A program made the translations under genes and the position numbers. A stretch of 63,179 bases of DNA, filler included, from Malassezia furfur (lineage: Eukaryota), in assembly GCA_052055015.1 (NCBI GenBank). It is 6 parts of 6 records of this genome, joined end to end, with 100 filler letters (N's around TTAATTAATTAA, not from the genome) between each part and the next. Parts side by side here need not be neighbours in the genome. Positions count along the whole stretch, not along the records: positions 42,374 to 52,730 come from JBQJIT010000394.1; positions 52,831 to 63,179 come from JBQJIT010000395.1; 4 more parts are not named here. One strand, written 5' to 3'. Of the stretch, positions 45,870-58,855 are shown in pieces. The notes below the pieces were generated by a model, which saw only the letters and a list, made by a program, of their open reading frames with translations, did not search any database and was not told where the DNA came from. Each line of letters starts with the position of its first letter. Position 1 is the stretch's first letter.

Positions 45870-46818
45870 ATGTCGTTTCTGTTTAAAGGTGCCGCGAAAG
45901 ACAAGGTCGCAAAGACCGACGAGCCCAAGGCTCCGCGCACCACCGCCGTGATCTTCACGCCCCTGCCCGATGAGAAGCCCGCACCCCCGCCTGCCCTCCA
46001 TCCGGGTGACGAAGAGAAACTTCGCGAGCTCGAGCAGCACGTCGCCGAGTACCGCCAGGCACACCCATGCGAGCCGGCGTACGCAAAATACGAAGAGGCA
46101 TGGCTTCAGGACAACAATGTCTACAAGCGCTACTTGCGTGCCACGCGTGGCGATCTGCGATCGTCCAAGCGCCGCATCATCGTACGTATCGCCCTTCTTC
46201 GCACACCTTCTTACACAGGATACACTGCAATGGCGCCGCGAGTTCAAACCGGAAATTATCCCGCCCGATGAAGTGGCCCCGGAGGCGACTACGGGCAAGC
46301 ATGTCCTCAACGCATTCGACCGTCAGGGCCGCCCGATCCTCTATCTCCGCCCGGGTCGCGAAAACACCAAGACAAGCCCACGCCAAATTCGCTACCTCGT
46401 ATGGAGTCTCGAGCGCGGGATCAACTTGATGCCACCAGGTCAGGAGACGCTCACGATCGTCGTCGATTTCCACGGCGCGAGCCTGTCCACCACGCCGTCG
46501 CTCTCTACCGCGCGGCACGTCGCGCACATTTTGCAAAATCACTACGTGGAGCGTCTGGGCCGTGCGTTTGTGTGCCACACGCCGAGATTCATCACGGCCT
46601 TCTTTACGGCGCTTTCGCCCTTCCTGGATCCGGTCACCAAGGACAAGATTCGGTTCAACTACCCCGACATGACCGAATTCATTCGCCCCGATCAGCTCGA
46701 CGACCAATTCCCAGGCGGAACGTATCCGTACGAGTTTGACTTTAACGTGTACTGGCCCGCACTCATCGAAGCCTGCGGCATCCAGCCGGATGGCACACGT
46801 GTAGTGCGTCGTTCGTAG
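45870..46818 (+). CDS. CRAL-TRIO/Sec14-like lipid transfer protein (Pdr16/Sfh3 family); intron 46182-46218 (37 nt)
   Basis: RYLRAT, TLQWRRE, GRPILYLRPGRENT, LQNHYVERLG, DPVTKDKI. Confidence 0.9.
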
Positions 46819-46903
46819 TGTACTCAATGCATGCTTCGTCACAACCAGGTCTCGTATTCTCTACAAAACAGCGCGAGACCGGCACAGTCGTTGGCCATCA
46901 CCT

Positions 46904-47815
46904 TTATGTCACCTTTTTACGCTCGTCCATCGACAGGCCGCCCGGGCCCATGTTGACCAAAAGAAGCAGGCCGCCCACAATCGAGAGCGTCTGGAAGAAG
47001 TCGTAGCGCAAAAAGTCGCGCTGTGGGTGCGCCGAGTGCACGGTCCAGAAGTTGTTGACCGCAATGTTGAGGATGCTCAGTAGCATGACCAGGAAAATGG
47101 CGCTCCAGCGCGCCTTGAAACCGACCACCACCATGATACATGCGCCAAAGCCCAGCACCGACACCGCGGCACGGAAGAAGCTCCACTCGCCCTGGAAGAC
47201 GAACCCGATGAACAGGAAGATGAGCAGCACGCGACCGGCAAACTGGAAGTAAATGCGCTTGTCCGTCTCGCTGATGCTCGGCAGGCCCGCAAAGATGTTC
47301 TTGCGCTGGTTCGCGAAGCTGTCTGACAGCACCATCAGCAGACCGCCTACGACCGACAGGTTGCGCAGGAAAAAGTTCATGTCGGTGATCAAACCGTATC
47401 CCAGACCCTGGAGCACAATGACGCCGAGTAGCGAGCCCACGCTGATTTCCGGGTAGCGACGGATGATGACAAGAACGGACGCACTCATCATGATCACCAC
47501 GTTGATGAACAGGAAGAGCTGTGTGATGAAGTTGGGGATACCGCGGTAGCGATTGAGGTAGGTCGTCTGGTCCCCCCATTGCGTGATGATGCGCATCGCA
47601 TCTTCCAAAAAGGTCACGACGATCAGGAACCGACCGAGCGCGGGAAGGTAGGGCTTGATCGGCTGCGACCAGCTGTCAATCACATCCTCGGCCTGCGAAG
47701 AGTAGTCTTTCACACGCTGGACCCACTCGTTCGACGACGACGATGACCGTGGGTAGCGGTATGGATCATGAGACATGTGCTGCGGGGGCACGAACGAAGA
47801 GTGCCCGTACGACAT
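46904..47815 (-). CDS. ERV29: SURF4/Erv29 ER cargo receptor
   Basis: RFLIVVTFLED, FFLRNLSVVGGLL, RYDFFQTLSIVGGLL, C-terminal KKVT dilysine. Confidence 0.96.
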   Translation of the reverse strand: MSYGHSSFVPPQHMSHDPYRYPRSSSSSNEWVQRVKDYSSQAEDVIDSWSQPIKPYLPALGRFLIVVTFLEDAMRIITQWGDQTTYLNRYRGIPNFITQLFLFINVVIMMSASVLVIIRRYPEISVGSLLGVIVLQGLGYGLITDMNFFLRNLSVVGGLLMVLSDSFANQRKNIFAGLPSISETDKRIYFQFAGRVLLIFLFIGFVFQGEWSFFRAAVSVLGFGACIMVVVGFKARWSAIFLVMLLSILNIAVNNFWTVHSAHPQRDFLRYDFFQTLSIVGGLLLLVNMGPGGLSMDERKKVT

Positions 47816-47959
47816 CGGTACAACGTGGACGACGAAACTTCCACGGGCTCCACGTAGCCAGCGCGATTCTGTTTACGTAGGATTGCTCGATGGCTTATGT
47901 AAGACACATCAGCCCTTGGCAGGGCATCCGCGTGTTCTGCTGACCGCCCGGGCCCGTGC

Positions 47960-50716
<2,757 letters not shown>

Positions 50717-50883
50717 CAAGGTTCGGAGGGACGTGCCTACCGCCCGCTCGCTTATCGGTGAGTCAATCAACGTGTCACGTGCTGCGCGCGTGGGGGGCAG
50801 CGTAGGGCCGGTGTTGTTTGTTGAGCAGGCTGCGAAACGTGCGCCCGTGGCGCTGCGGAGGAGCGGTCTGTGCGACAGAGGAG

Positions 50884-52695
50884 ATGCCGACCGTGGCCGA
50901 CGCCGCCGGCCTTGGCCTTGGCCACGCACCCACTATGCGTGACGAGTCGAGTGGGTTCGATAGTCTACAGGAGCTGCTCGAGCGCGAGGGCTACAAGGAG
51001 ACCCGCATCGTGACGCCCATTACCAAGCCGCCCCAGATGGTGTCAATCGACGACATGGACGACGACGCGGACACCGCGGGAGCGTCGCCAACGATGCATA
51101 CCCGCAATGGATACACACACATCCACACGTGGATGGAAGGAATGCTCGCTGCGCAGGCGCACGACGCTCCGTCCGTCCCTCCCCGGCGTGCGCTGCACAC
51201 CAGCCAGAGCGATGCGGCGCTTGCCCAATCGGTACGCCGGCGACGCAGCGTGCTATGGGACGCGAGCCGCGCGTACCGCAGTGGCGCGCCCCCGCCCGCC
51301 GAGGCCGCACCGCCGCTGCCCGCACCGCCGCTCGCCTTTCTGGCCGAGCCGGCCAAGCCGGTGGTCTCGCGCGCCGATGCGGTCGCGCGGCAAGAGGACG
51401 CGCCGCGCTCGCCACGCAAGAGCATGCGGCGCACCAAGAGCCAGGACTTGCTGCACAAGGCGCTCAAGAGCCGGAGCGCCGGCGCACCGCCACCCCCGCC
51501 GCCGCAGTGCACGTGCGGACGGACGGAAGCGCCGCGCTCGGCGCTATCATGGCGCAAGGCCCCGGCGGCGATCGCGCCGCAGTGGCATGCGCATGACTGT
51601 CCCGTGCGTATCCGCTGGGAACACTCGGCGCCTGCCCCCGTGCCGCCGCCGCCGCCGACGCTGTATGTCTCGTCGCCGAGCGGCATCAGCGCGCCGCGGC
51701 ACCTTGAGCTGCGGGGGCGCGAGTTTGATGCAAACGGCTGGAACACGCGCGACTTGCAGCGCCTCTTCCCGCGCATCCCGCGCCCGCGCCTCGCGCTCGT
51801 GAAGCGCGCAACAATCGCGGGGCTGTATGGCCTCTTCCGTGCGCCCGACACGATGAGCGACTCGCAGCGGCTCATGACGCCGCCAGGCCGCCGCCCGCGC
51901 TCGCCGCGCAAGCACCGCGCGCCGCGTGCCATGTCGGTGCCGCACCTGCGCCGCACGAGTGCCGAAATCCGCTTAGCGTCGACGCCGCCGCGCGTCCTGC
52001 GCGCCGCCGAAGCAGCGCCGGCAGCGACCGACCTCACCGTGGATGCGCCCACCCTTCCGGCGCCGCTCTCGCCGAGCGCCGGCAAGGAAAACGTGGCCGA
52101 GAATCTGGCGTGCGCGACACCCCCGTCGCCGACGCTGCGGCGCACGACAGCCTTCCCTGCGGTGCGCCGCGCACGCAGCATGGCGCCGCTGCGCAAGCCG
52201 GCACCGCCGCTCCCCGCCGATGCCCTCGATGCACCAGCGACCTCGACGGTCTTGTCGCGTGCCGACGGCGCGCCCCGTCTGCCAAGCCGTATGGCGTCGC
52301 GGCCGCGGCTCGACTACCGCAAGTCAAGCAAGACGCGGCCTGCGCCACGTGCTGATGCCTCTGCCGAGGTGCGTGCACCGCTCGGGACGCGCACGGGCTA
52401 CGTGCAGGCCACGGACCCGATGCGCACCGAGCCGACGCTGCGCCGTGCGCCATCCAGCAAGGTGCTGCGGCTGCAGCGCAAGCCGTCGGCCATGGCGCTG
52501 GGCCTCGGTTTGGCCCTACCGACGCCCGGCGCGCCGGGCGTGTTTGCGGGCAGCACGTCGAGCGAGAGAGGCGTTGCGGACGGCGGCGCACGCGCACGGC
52601 CGCCCGTGCCGCCTGTGCCGCCTGTGCCGCCGCTCCCACAGGCATATGCGTCCGCGCCATCGTGGCAGACGCCGGCACAAAATACCCCGTTCTAG
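50884..52695 (+). CDS. Hypothetical Pro/Arg/Ala-rich disordered protein
   Basis: Long ORF; short motif-like segment GFDSLQELLEREGYKETRIVTP, otherwise low complexity. Confidence 0.65.
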   Translation: MPTVADAAGLGLGHAPTMRDESSGFDSLQELLEREGYKETRIVTPITKPPQMVSIDDMDDDADTAGASPTMHTRNGYTHIHTWMEGMLAAQAHDAPSVPPRRALHTSQSDAALAQSVRRRRSVLWDASRAYRSGAPPPAEAAPPLPAPPLAFLAEPAKPVVSRADAVARQEDAPRSPRKSMRRTKSQDLLHKALKSRSAGAPPPPPPQCTCGRTEAPRSALSWRKAPAAIAPQWHAHDCPVRIRWEHSAPAPVPPPPPTLYVSSPSGISAPRHLELRGREFDANGWNTRDLQRLFPRIPRPRLALVKRATIAGLYGLFRAPDTMSDSQRLMTPPGRRPRSPRKHRAPRAMSVPHLRRTSAEIRLASTPPRVLRAAEAAPAATDLTVDAPTLPAPLSPSAGKENVAENLACATPPSPTLRRTTAFPAVRRARSMAPLRKPAPPLPADALDAPATSTVLSRADGAPRLPSRMASRPRLDYRKSSKTRPAPRADASAEVRAPLGTRTGYVQATDPMRTEPTLRRAPSSKVLRLQRKPSAMALGLGLALPTPGAPGVFAGSTSSERGVADGGARARPPVPPVPPVPPLPQAYASAPSWQTPAQNTPF

Positions 52696-52730
52696 GAGAT
52701 AGGTTTCTAGCGAATCTGTGTGCTGTCGTT

Positions 52731-52830
52731 NNNNNNNNNNNNNNNNNNNNNNNNNNNNNNNNNNNNNNNNNNNNTTAATTAATTAANNNNNNNNNNNNNN
52801 NNNNNNNNNNNNNNNNNNNNNNNNNNNNNN
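52731..52830. other. Artificial contig spacer
   Basis: 44 N + TTAATTAATTAA + 44 N. Confidence 0.98.
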
Positions 52831-53080
52831 TGAATCCAAAAATATATTCCGCCCATAACTAGAATCGGTATGGATGGCTGTCTACATAGCTGTGTGCAGC
52901 GGCATGTGCGTGTGCAGCGCTGCGACTGCTAGGCAGTGCGCCACTGCTAGGCAGATAATGTGCCACATCAAGGTCCGCGCCACAGACGACAGCCAATGCC
53001 CCATGCTCGCTACGTGGGCGCTGTCGCTTGAGCCCTAATACGAATAGGAAGGCTTCTTCAGCTTGCGACAGACGCGTTCC

Positions 53081-53432
53081 TCAGACCCATTTGGGCTTGG
53101 CAGAATCCTGTAGTTTGGCGAGCTGTTGTCAGAGTGCGGCTCGCCCACCTCTTCATGCTCCTGCTTCATCGTTTTGATAAACTCGGCTTCTGTTTGCACA
53201 CGTCGCTTGGCGTCTACCTGCCGCTTCAGATCCGGCGGCAGGTTCTGAAGGCGTCAGCACCTTGCGCTAGGTTCGCAGACTCACATCGTACATCTCCTTC
53301 TCATTTGGGACCGTATCTGGCGTCAGCATGCTCATCTCGGTCGGACGTACACTTTAGCAATGCAACGCCAATCCCAATGATCACCGCAGAGCCCGTAAAT
53401 GCGCGGGCCCAGTTGCGCGCACCCCCCGGCAT
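53081..53432 (-). CDS. CBP4: Complex III assembly factor Cbp4-like (about 83 aa), absent from the ORF track; introns 53317-53350, 53245-53284 and 53123-53148
   Basis: Spliced product MPGGARNWARAFTGSAVIIGIGVALLKYTVPNEKEMYDNLPPDLKRQVD...DSAKPKWV* has the Cbp4 pattern (TM-KYTxP-E-L-P-L...PxW). Confidence 0.8.
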
Positions 53433-53706
53433 ACCTACACGATATCGCCTGGAGCAACCTCCACGAGCGACCAACCAGAACCGTCGTTTTATGCAAGCAC
53501 CAAAAATGAACGGACGGTGAAGAGGTGTTCGTCGTAGGTTCCCTACAGTGTCTATAGTTGCTCATAGGACGTGCCGTACTACCTAGCCGCGCACTGCTTG
53601 CGGACCTACGTGCTGGGCAGCGCGCGGTAGACCCGCCCAGGCGAATGTCACGTGCGAGACGCGCTTAAAAAAAGTGAGTGGCTGCATGCAGCTAGCCCAT
53701 CTCGCC

Positions 53707-54697
53707 ATGTCTACAGTGTACAGTGCTGCGCTGAAGCGCGACGTGGCTTCGAACAAAAAGCGCGGTGCAGAGGACGCCGAGGATGATTCGCAAAAGATCC
53801 GTCGGAATAAACAGCGCGTGCTTGTGCTTCCCTCGCGCGGCGTCACGACACGGATGCGTCACCTCGTGAACGACCTTGAAGCGCTGCTCCCCCATTCCAA
53901 GAAAGGTATGCCGCACACCTCACACCAGACTCCAAACTCGACTCAAAGTCGGACCTGTCGATCCTGAATGAGTTGGCTGAGCTGAACAACTGCAATGTAC
54001 GTTTTCATGGCTCACACAGAATTGTATGTACTTTGAGTGCCGGCGGCACGAAGATCTCTACCTGTGGCTCTCCAAGACGCCCAATGGTCCCTCTGCGAAG
54101 CTGCAGATCCAAAACATTCACACAATGGACGAGCTGAAGATGACCGGTAACTGCCTCAAGGGGTCTCGGCACATTTTGAGCTTCGACGCTGGCTTCGACG
54201 CGGAGCCGCACTGGAAGCTCATGAAGGAGCTTCTCACGCAAATGTTTGCCGTGCCACGCACTGCGCGCCGTGCCAAGCCTTTTGTCGACCATGTGTTGAC
54301 GTTCAGCATTCTGGACAACAAGGTGTGGTTCCGCAACTTCCAGATCATCGAAAAGGATCCCGGAGCGACCGCCGCTGCCGAGGCTGCTGCCAGTGCGGAG
54401 GGCAGCACCGAGAAGCCTAAGCGTACCGCCAAGGGCGCTCCCGTTGAGCCCACGCTGGTCGAGATCGGGCCGCGGATGGTCATGACGCCGATTAAGATTT
54501 TTGAGGGCAGCTTTGGCGGCCCGACGCTGTTCGACAACCCTGAATACATCACGCCTGCGGCGATCCGGCGTGCGACGCGCCAGGAGAAGGGCACTGCGTA
54601 TACCAACCGCGTGCTCCAGGCGCAGAGTTTCCGTGCCAAGAAAGATCGGTACAAGGGCGAGGAGAGCGAGCTCAGCCGCTCCAAGGTATTCTCGTAG
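53707..54697 (+). CDS. BRX1: Ribosome biogenesis protein Brx1; introns 53906-53928 and 53997-54019 (both 23 nt)
   Basis: Spliced HSKKDSKLD and CNNCMYFECR; HTMDELKMTGNCLKGSR, EIGPR. Confidence 0.96.
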
Positions 54698-54713
54698 CTA
54701 TGGTACAATGCCC

Positions 54714-55295
54714 TTACTGGGCTTTTTTCTTGCTGATCAGTACAACGCGTTTCTTGCGCTGGTCGGGTCTGTCGTTGGTGGGTGCGACCTTTTTCTTCTT
54801 TGGTATAGGTGATTCTTGCTCGTCGGCCTCGAGCATACTCATATCGATACCAGGCGCGGGTGTTGAAGAAGGCTCAACCGTAAAGGCGTGCTGCAACGTG
54901 TCCCTGTCGAAAGGGACAATCGGGGTATAGGTGTATTCGGGTTTCATCAAGAGTTGGGTGAGTTCCTTGGGCTGATGCTTTGCGGCTCCGGTGCGTTTTG
55001 GTGGACGCACTTTACCTGGGAGATCTTCCACGTAGTGTACAAAGGTCTTGGGAAGCGTCGTGCGTTTCATATCGGCATCCGTACGTGCGGGCGCAGAGCC
55101 AGGCTCAGACCCGGGCGTGGTGGTCGGCGGTGCCGACGGGTCCGGGCGAAGGTAGGGCCGAACGGCTCGGTCGTACAAGGGCATCAAATCGAAAAGCTCG
55201 AGCATGTCCTGTGTCCCATTCAGGCGGTATGGCCGCAGGTCGGGCGGCGCACGGTTGGGCGCCGGCAATACAACCGGCGGGTCCTGCGGGGTCAT
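54714..55295 (-). CDS. Mediator subunit Med19/Rox3-like; start uncertain
   Basis: GTQDMLELFDLMPLYDR, LPKTFVHYVEDLPGK, basic C-terminus. Confidence 0.7.
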   Translation of the reverse strand: MTPQDPPVVLPAPNRAPPDLRPYRLNGTQDMLELFDLMPLYDRAVRPYLRPDPSAPPTTTPGSEPGSAPARTDADMKRTTLPKTFVHYVEDLPGKVRPPKRTGAAKHQPKELTQLLMKPEYTYTPIVPFDRDTLQHAFTVEPSSTPAPGIDMSMLEADEQESPIPKKKKVAPTNDRPDQRKKRVVLISKKKAQ

Positions 55296-55341
55296 GTTGG
55301 GATTGTGAAAACGTCCGAATTCGGTTAATTCCTCCACTACG

Positions 55342-55808
55342 ATGGATCTTCGTAGGTGACGCCCCACTGACCAGTGCCCGCTGGACTGCTGCCCAAGTGG
55401 CTCCTCATCGTCGGCGCTGTGGCCACGCTGAACGGACTACAGAACATCGCGAAGCCCTCGTTTAGCACTAAGGTGTATTCCTCGTCGACCGGCCAGGCAC
55501 AAGTGACGCCACTATCGGCGCGCCTCTTTGCGGTGTGGAACTTGACGTCGGCGATGATCCGTATTTACGCCGCGTACAACATCCAGGATCGGAGGTAAGT
55601 TGGCCGCCGCTAATCCAGTGCCTATCTCATGTGCTTAGGCACATTCATCATTGCCTTTGTGCACTTCACCTCGGAGTTCGTCCACTACGGCACGCTCGCT
55701 GCGGTGCCCGGGTCCATGAGCCCGATGATCGTGGCCAGTACGTGCGGCGCTTACCTAGGCTCGTCTATGATTGCCATGCTTGCGCAGTTTACATACTATG
55801 TAGGTTAG
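55342..55808 (+). CDS. ERG28: Ergosterol biosynthesis scaffold Erg28; introns 55352-55374 (23 nt), 55595-55618 (24 nt) and 55738-55758 (21 nt)
   Basis: LPKWLL, VTPLSARLFAVWNLTSAMIRIYAAY, HFTSE, SPMIVAS. Confidence 0.92.
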
Positions 55809-56788
55809 TTCAGCGGTTCGATGTTCGGTTCCGGGCCAATCGGCACGACGCCGTTGGGGTTGATCGTGACGTGGCTGCCGTAATAGTGCTTCTTGATCGA
55901 GTCGAACTCGGTCGTGTTCTTGAATGCGGGGTTGTTCCAGTAGAGCTCGCGCAGCCAGCGGTGCAGGTTCGGGTACGTGCCGTCGCGGATCTGGTGCATG
56001 TTGCACTTAAAGTGGCCATGGTACACAGGGTCGAAGCGCACGATCGTCGTGTACAGACGAATATCGGCTTCGGTCAGGCGGTCGCCGATCGCATACTGCT
56101 TGCCTTCCAAGTGACGGTCAGCACGCTCGAGCGCCTCAAAGAGCGGCTTGACGTTCTCCAGATAGGCCTCCATGTTGGTCGCAAAGCCGCTCTTGTACAC
56201 GCCGTTGTTGATGTTGGGGTATACCCAGTCGTTGAACTCGTCGATCTGCGAGCGGAGCTCCTCAGGACAGTAGGTGATGCCTTGCACCTCCTTCGGCAGG
56301 AACTGGTCAAAGGCGGTATCGATGAAGCGAATAATCTCGGACGATTCGTTGTTCACGATGGTGTTGAGCTTCGAGTCCCAAATCATGGGCACCGTGGCGC
56401 GCAGGCTGTATTCGGGATCTGCGACCAGGTACAGGTCACGCAGGTAACGCGCATTCTCATGCCCGGGAATCCTGGGGCCCGATCCAGGGTTGTGTGGGCG
56501 GTCAACGCCCGAGTCACCCAGGCACCAGCCTTTCTCGCCGAGGAACGTGTCGACAATAGTGACCGGAAGCAAGTTCTCGACCTCGTCCATACGCTTCAGT
56601 GCACGCACAATAAGCACGCGGTGCGCCCACGGGCAAGCGAGCGACACGACCAGCTTGTAACGGCCGACCTCGGGTTCAAACTTGGTTCCTGGCTTGATCA
56701 CGTCGCGGAACGACGAGGTCTGGCGGCGGTAGCGGCCATCCGACGATGCAAACGGCTTGGTGGCAAGGTTCTCTTTCGAAGCAGACAT
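55805..56788 (-). CDS. Glutathionyl-hydroquinone reductase / omega-class GST (Ecm4/YqjG family)
   Basis: ACPWAHR, TVPMIWD, NNESSEIIR, INNGVYKSGFA, TEADIRLYTTIVRFD. Confidence 0.95.
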   Translation of the reverse strand: MSASKENLATKPFASSDGRYRRQTSSFRDVIKPGTKFEPEVGRYKLVVSLACPWAHRVLIVRALKRMDEVENLLPVTIVDTFLGEKGWCLGDSGVDRPHNPGSGPRIPGHENARYLRDLYLVADPEYSLRATVPMIWDSKLNTIVNNESSEIIRFIDTAFDQFLPKEVQGITYCPEELRSQIDEFNDWVYPNINNGVYKSGFATNMEAYLENVKPLFEALERADRHLEGKQYAIGDRLTEADIRLYTTIVRFDPVYHGHFKCNMHQIRDGTYPNLHRWLRELYWNNPAFKNTTEFDSIKKHYYGSHVTINPNGVVPIGPEPNIEPLN

Positions 56789-56959
56789 GGTGAAGTAGCG
56801 AAAAGTAGGTGCTTTAGGGATTCGCAGCAGGGGGCGATATAACTGTTCAGTGCGGAGCAGGTGGAACATGTACAAATAATCCCCGAATAACTCGACTGTC
56901 GCAACCTAAGCGGCCTACTTGGGCAGGGTAGCGCGGGCCAAGTGGTCCGAGCGCTCGCC

Positions 56960-58823
56960 CTAACCACGTGGCCCATCTGGTGACCACAGGTCGGCAAGTC
57001 CTGGGAACGCCTCGTCGTCCATCTCAAAGCGCGGGGGATGCAGTGGCTCGGGTGCCGGACGGCGCCGCACCGGCGTCGGCGTAGTGGGGGGCGTGGCGCG
57101 TTTTTTGGATGAATGCTCCCACGATGTCTTGCGTCCCCGCAGCGCCCGTACCGCGGCATGGTCGTCGTCCACGGGCGCAATTTGGATGCGCTTGTCGGAG
57201 CCCAGCGCGCCCGTGAGCAATCCCGTGCGTGGATTCTCACGGATACGAAGGTTGTCGAGCCGCACGAGCTGGCCAGCTCGCAGCTGTACGGCGAGCGGTG
57301 CATGGGAGCCCCATAGGCCGACTTGCAGCACACTGCCGCCCTTGTCCCCCGGCGGCTGCACCGAGAGGTGTTTGTTGTTCCCATCGTAGATGTGTTTGTG
57401 CAGGGTATAATCCGTGACGTAGAGGTCGGGTGGATTTGACTGCGAGAACACCTTGACGATCTCCACAACCGTGTCGACAAAGGTATGCGGCTGCAGCTTG
57501 TCGAGTGTCTGCAGCGCGCGTGCACTCGGCTGCTGCGGAGTTGGCGCCTTGTCGAGGTGTGCCAGGAGCTGCAGAGCGGCCGTGCGCTCTGCGTCACCAA
57601 AGTCGCTTGCGCTCGCGTTCGCGGCATACCGCCAGGTTTGTGTCGTTGCGTTCCACGCAGCCCACTGGAACGGCACTTTGCGACTGCCCACGCCCTGCGT
57701 GCGTCCGTTGAAGAGGCCGATCTGCACGCCACGGAGCAGCACTGCGTCCTTTTCACTCACGGCGCCGGGCAGTGCCTGCTCGTCCTGCGCAAAGAGGTTG
57801 GAAGAGAGTGTAGAGCGCGCATCGTCGGCGCCGCTGCCGTCGGTGATGGCGACTTTGACCATCACGTCGCGGAGTCGTTGCATGGGTAGGCGCACACTCG
57901 CATCGGTCACGGCGACGCCCATCACATTGGCAACCATGTCTTTGCGTAGCGCAGCAATCGGGGTATACAAGTGCCCATTCAATGTCCGCTCCGCCGCGGG
58001 TGCCGGCGGCGGCAGGCTGGTGGGCGCCGAGGGTATCAAGGCAGGCGCCGCAGTAGGCATCTGCGGCGTAAACGCAAGCGCGGGCGCCTGCGCCGGCGTC
58101 ACCGACCGCACGTCGGGCGTACGTAGCCACGCGTCTGAGCCGGGCGAGCCGATGTCCATTGGCGTCGGCAGCATGACCTGCGTGACGGGCGCGTCCTTGT
58201 TGCATTCAAACCACACCGCGTAGCTCGTGGGATCGCGCAAGGGCACCTCGGCGTCGGCATCCGCATCGGTCGCGATGTACGCCTTGAGTGCGATGCGGCC
58301 CTGGGCGTAGACGACGCGTGTGCGCGGGGCTTCGGTGGTGCCGAACTTCTGTGCCTCGGCACCAAAGCCCGAGAGGAATACGGGTACATCTTCTTCGCGA
58401 TGCCGCACGAGCAGTGCGTGCAATGCACCGGCGTTGCGGCCGACAAAAACGAGGGGAACGTGCGCGACGTCGTCGGCGCGCGGCGCTTCCAGAACACACT
58501 GCGTCAGAAGGAGCACCTACGCCAAACGTAGGAGGCACACCGATTGGGGTACTGAGCCGTCCGATGCACCCCGCGACACACACGGTCGCGCCGCGACCCT
58601 GGGCGACCGTTTCCATCCACGCGTCGATCGCGACGCATTCCCCGAGCATGGGCTTCTCACTCGCGTCGTAGTGTAGATGGGGCGCGTCGGGGTGGGCGAG
58701 GCCTGCGGCATGGATTGCAAAGTTGAGCGGGCGCCGCGCGACGGGGTACGCGTACGACGACGCCTCGCGCGGCACGTTGTCGCTGTCCGACGCGCGACGC
58801 GTCTTGCGCCGCTGCCGGCCCAT
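56960..58823 (-). CDS. POT1: Pot1-like telomeric ssDNA-binding OB-fold protein; intron 58499-58520 (22 nt)
   Basis: OB1-like NVMGV..D.MVKVAITD..NLF..LP..DAVLLRGVQI; OB2-like FVDTVVEIVKVF..LYVTDYT..LQVGLW..VRLDNLRI. Confidence 0.75.
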
Positions 58824-58855
58824 GGCGGTCCTCCACACACGATGCGGCAGGCGCA

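Noticed and set aside
54695..54700. TAG-CTA readthrough-like context after BRX1 (also at 60468)
   Set aside because: The stop is TAG rather than TGA, no PTS1-ending extension was found, and the downstream frame is just antisense of the neighbouring gene
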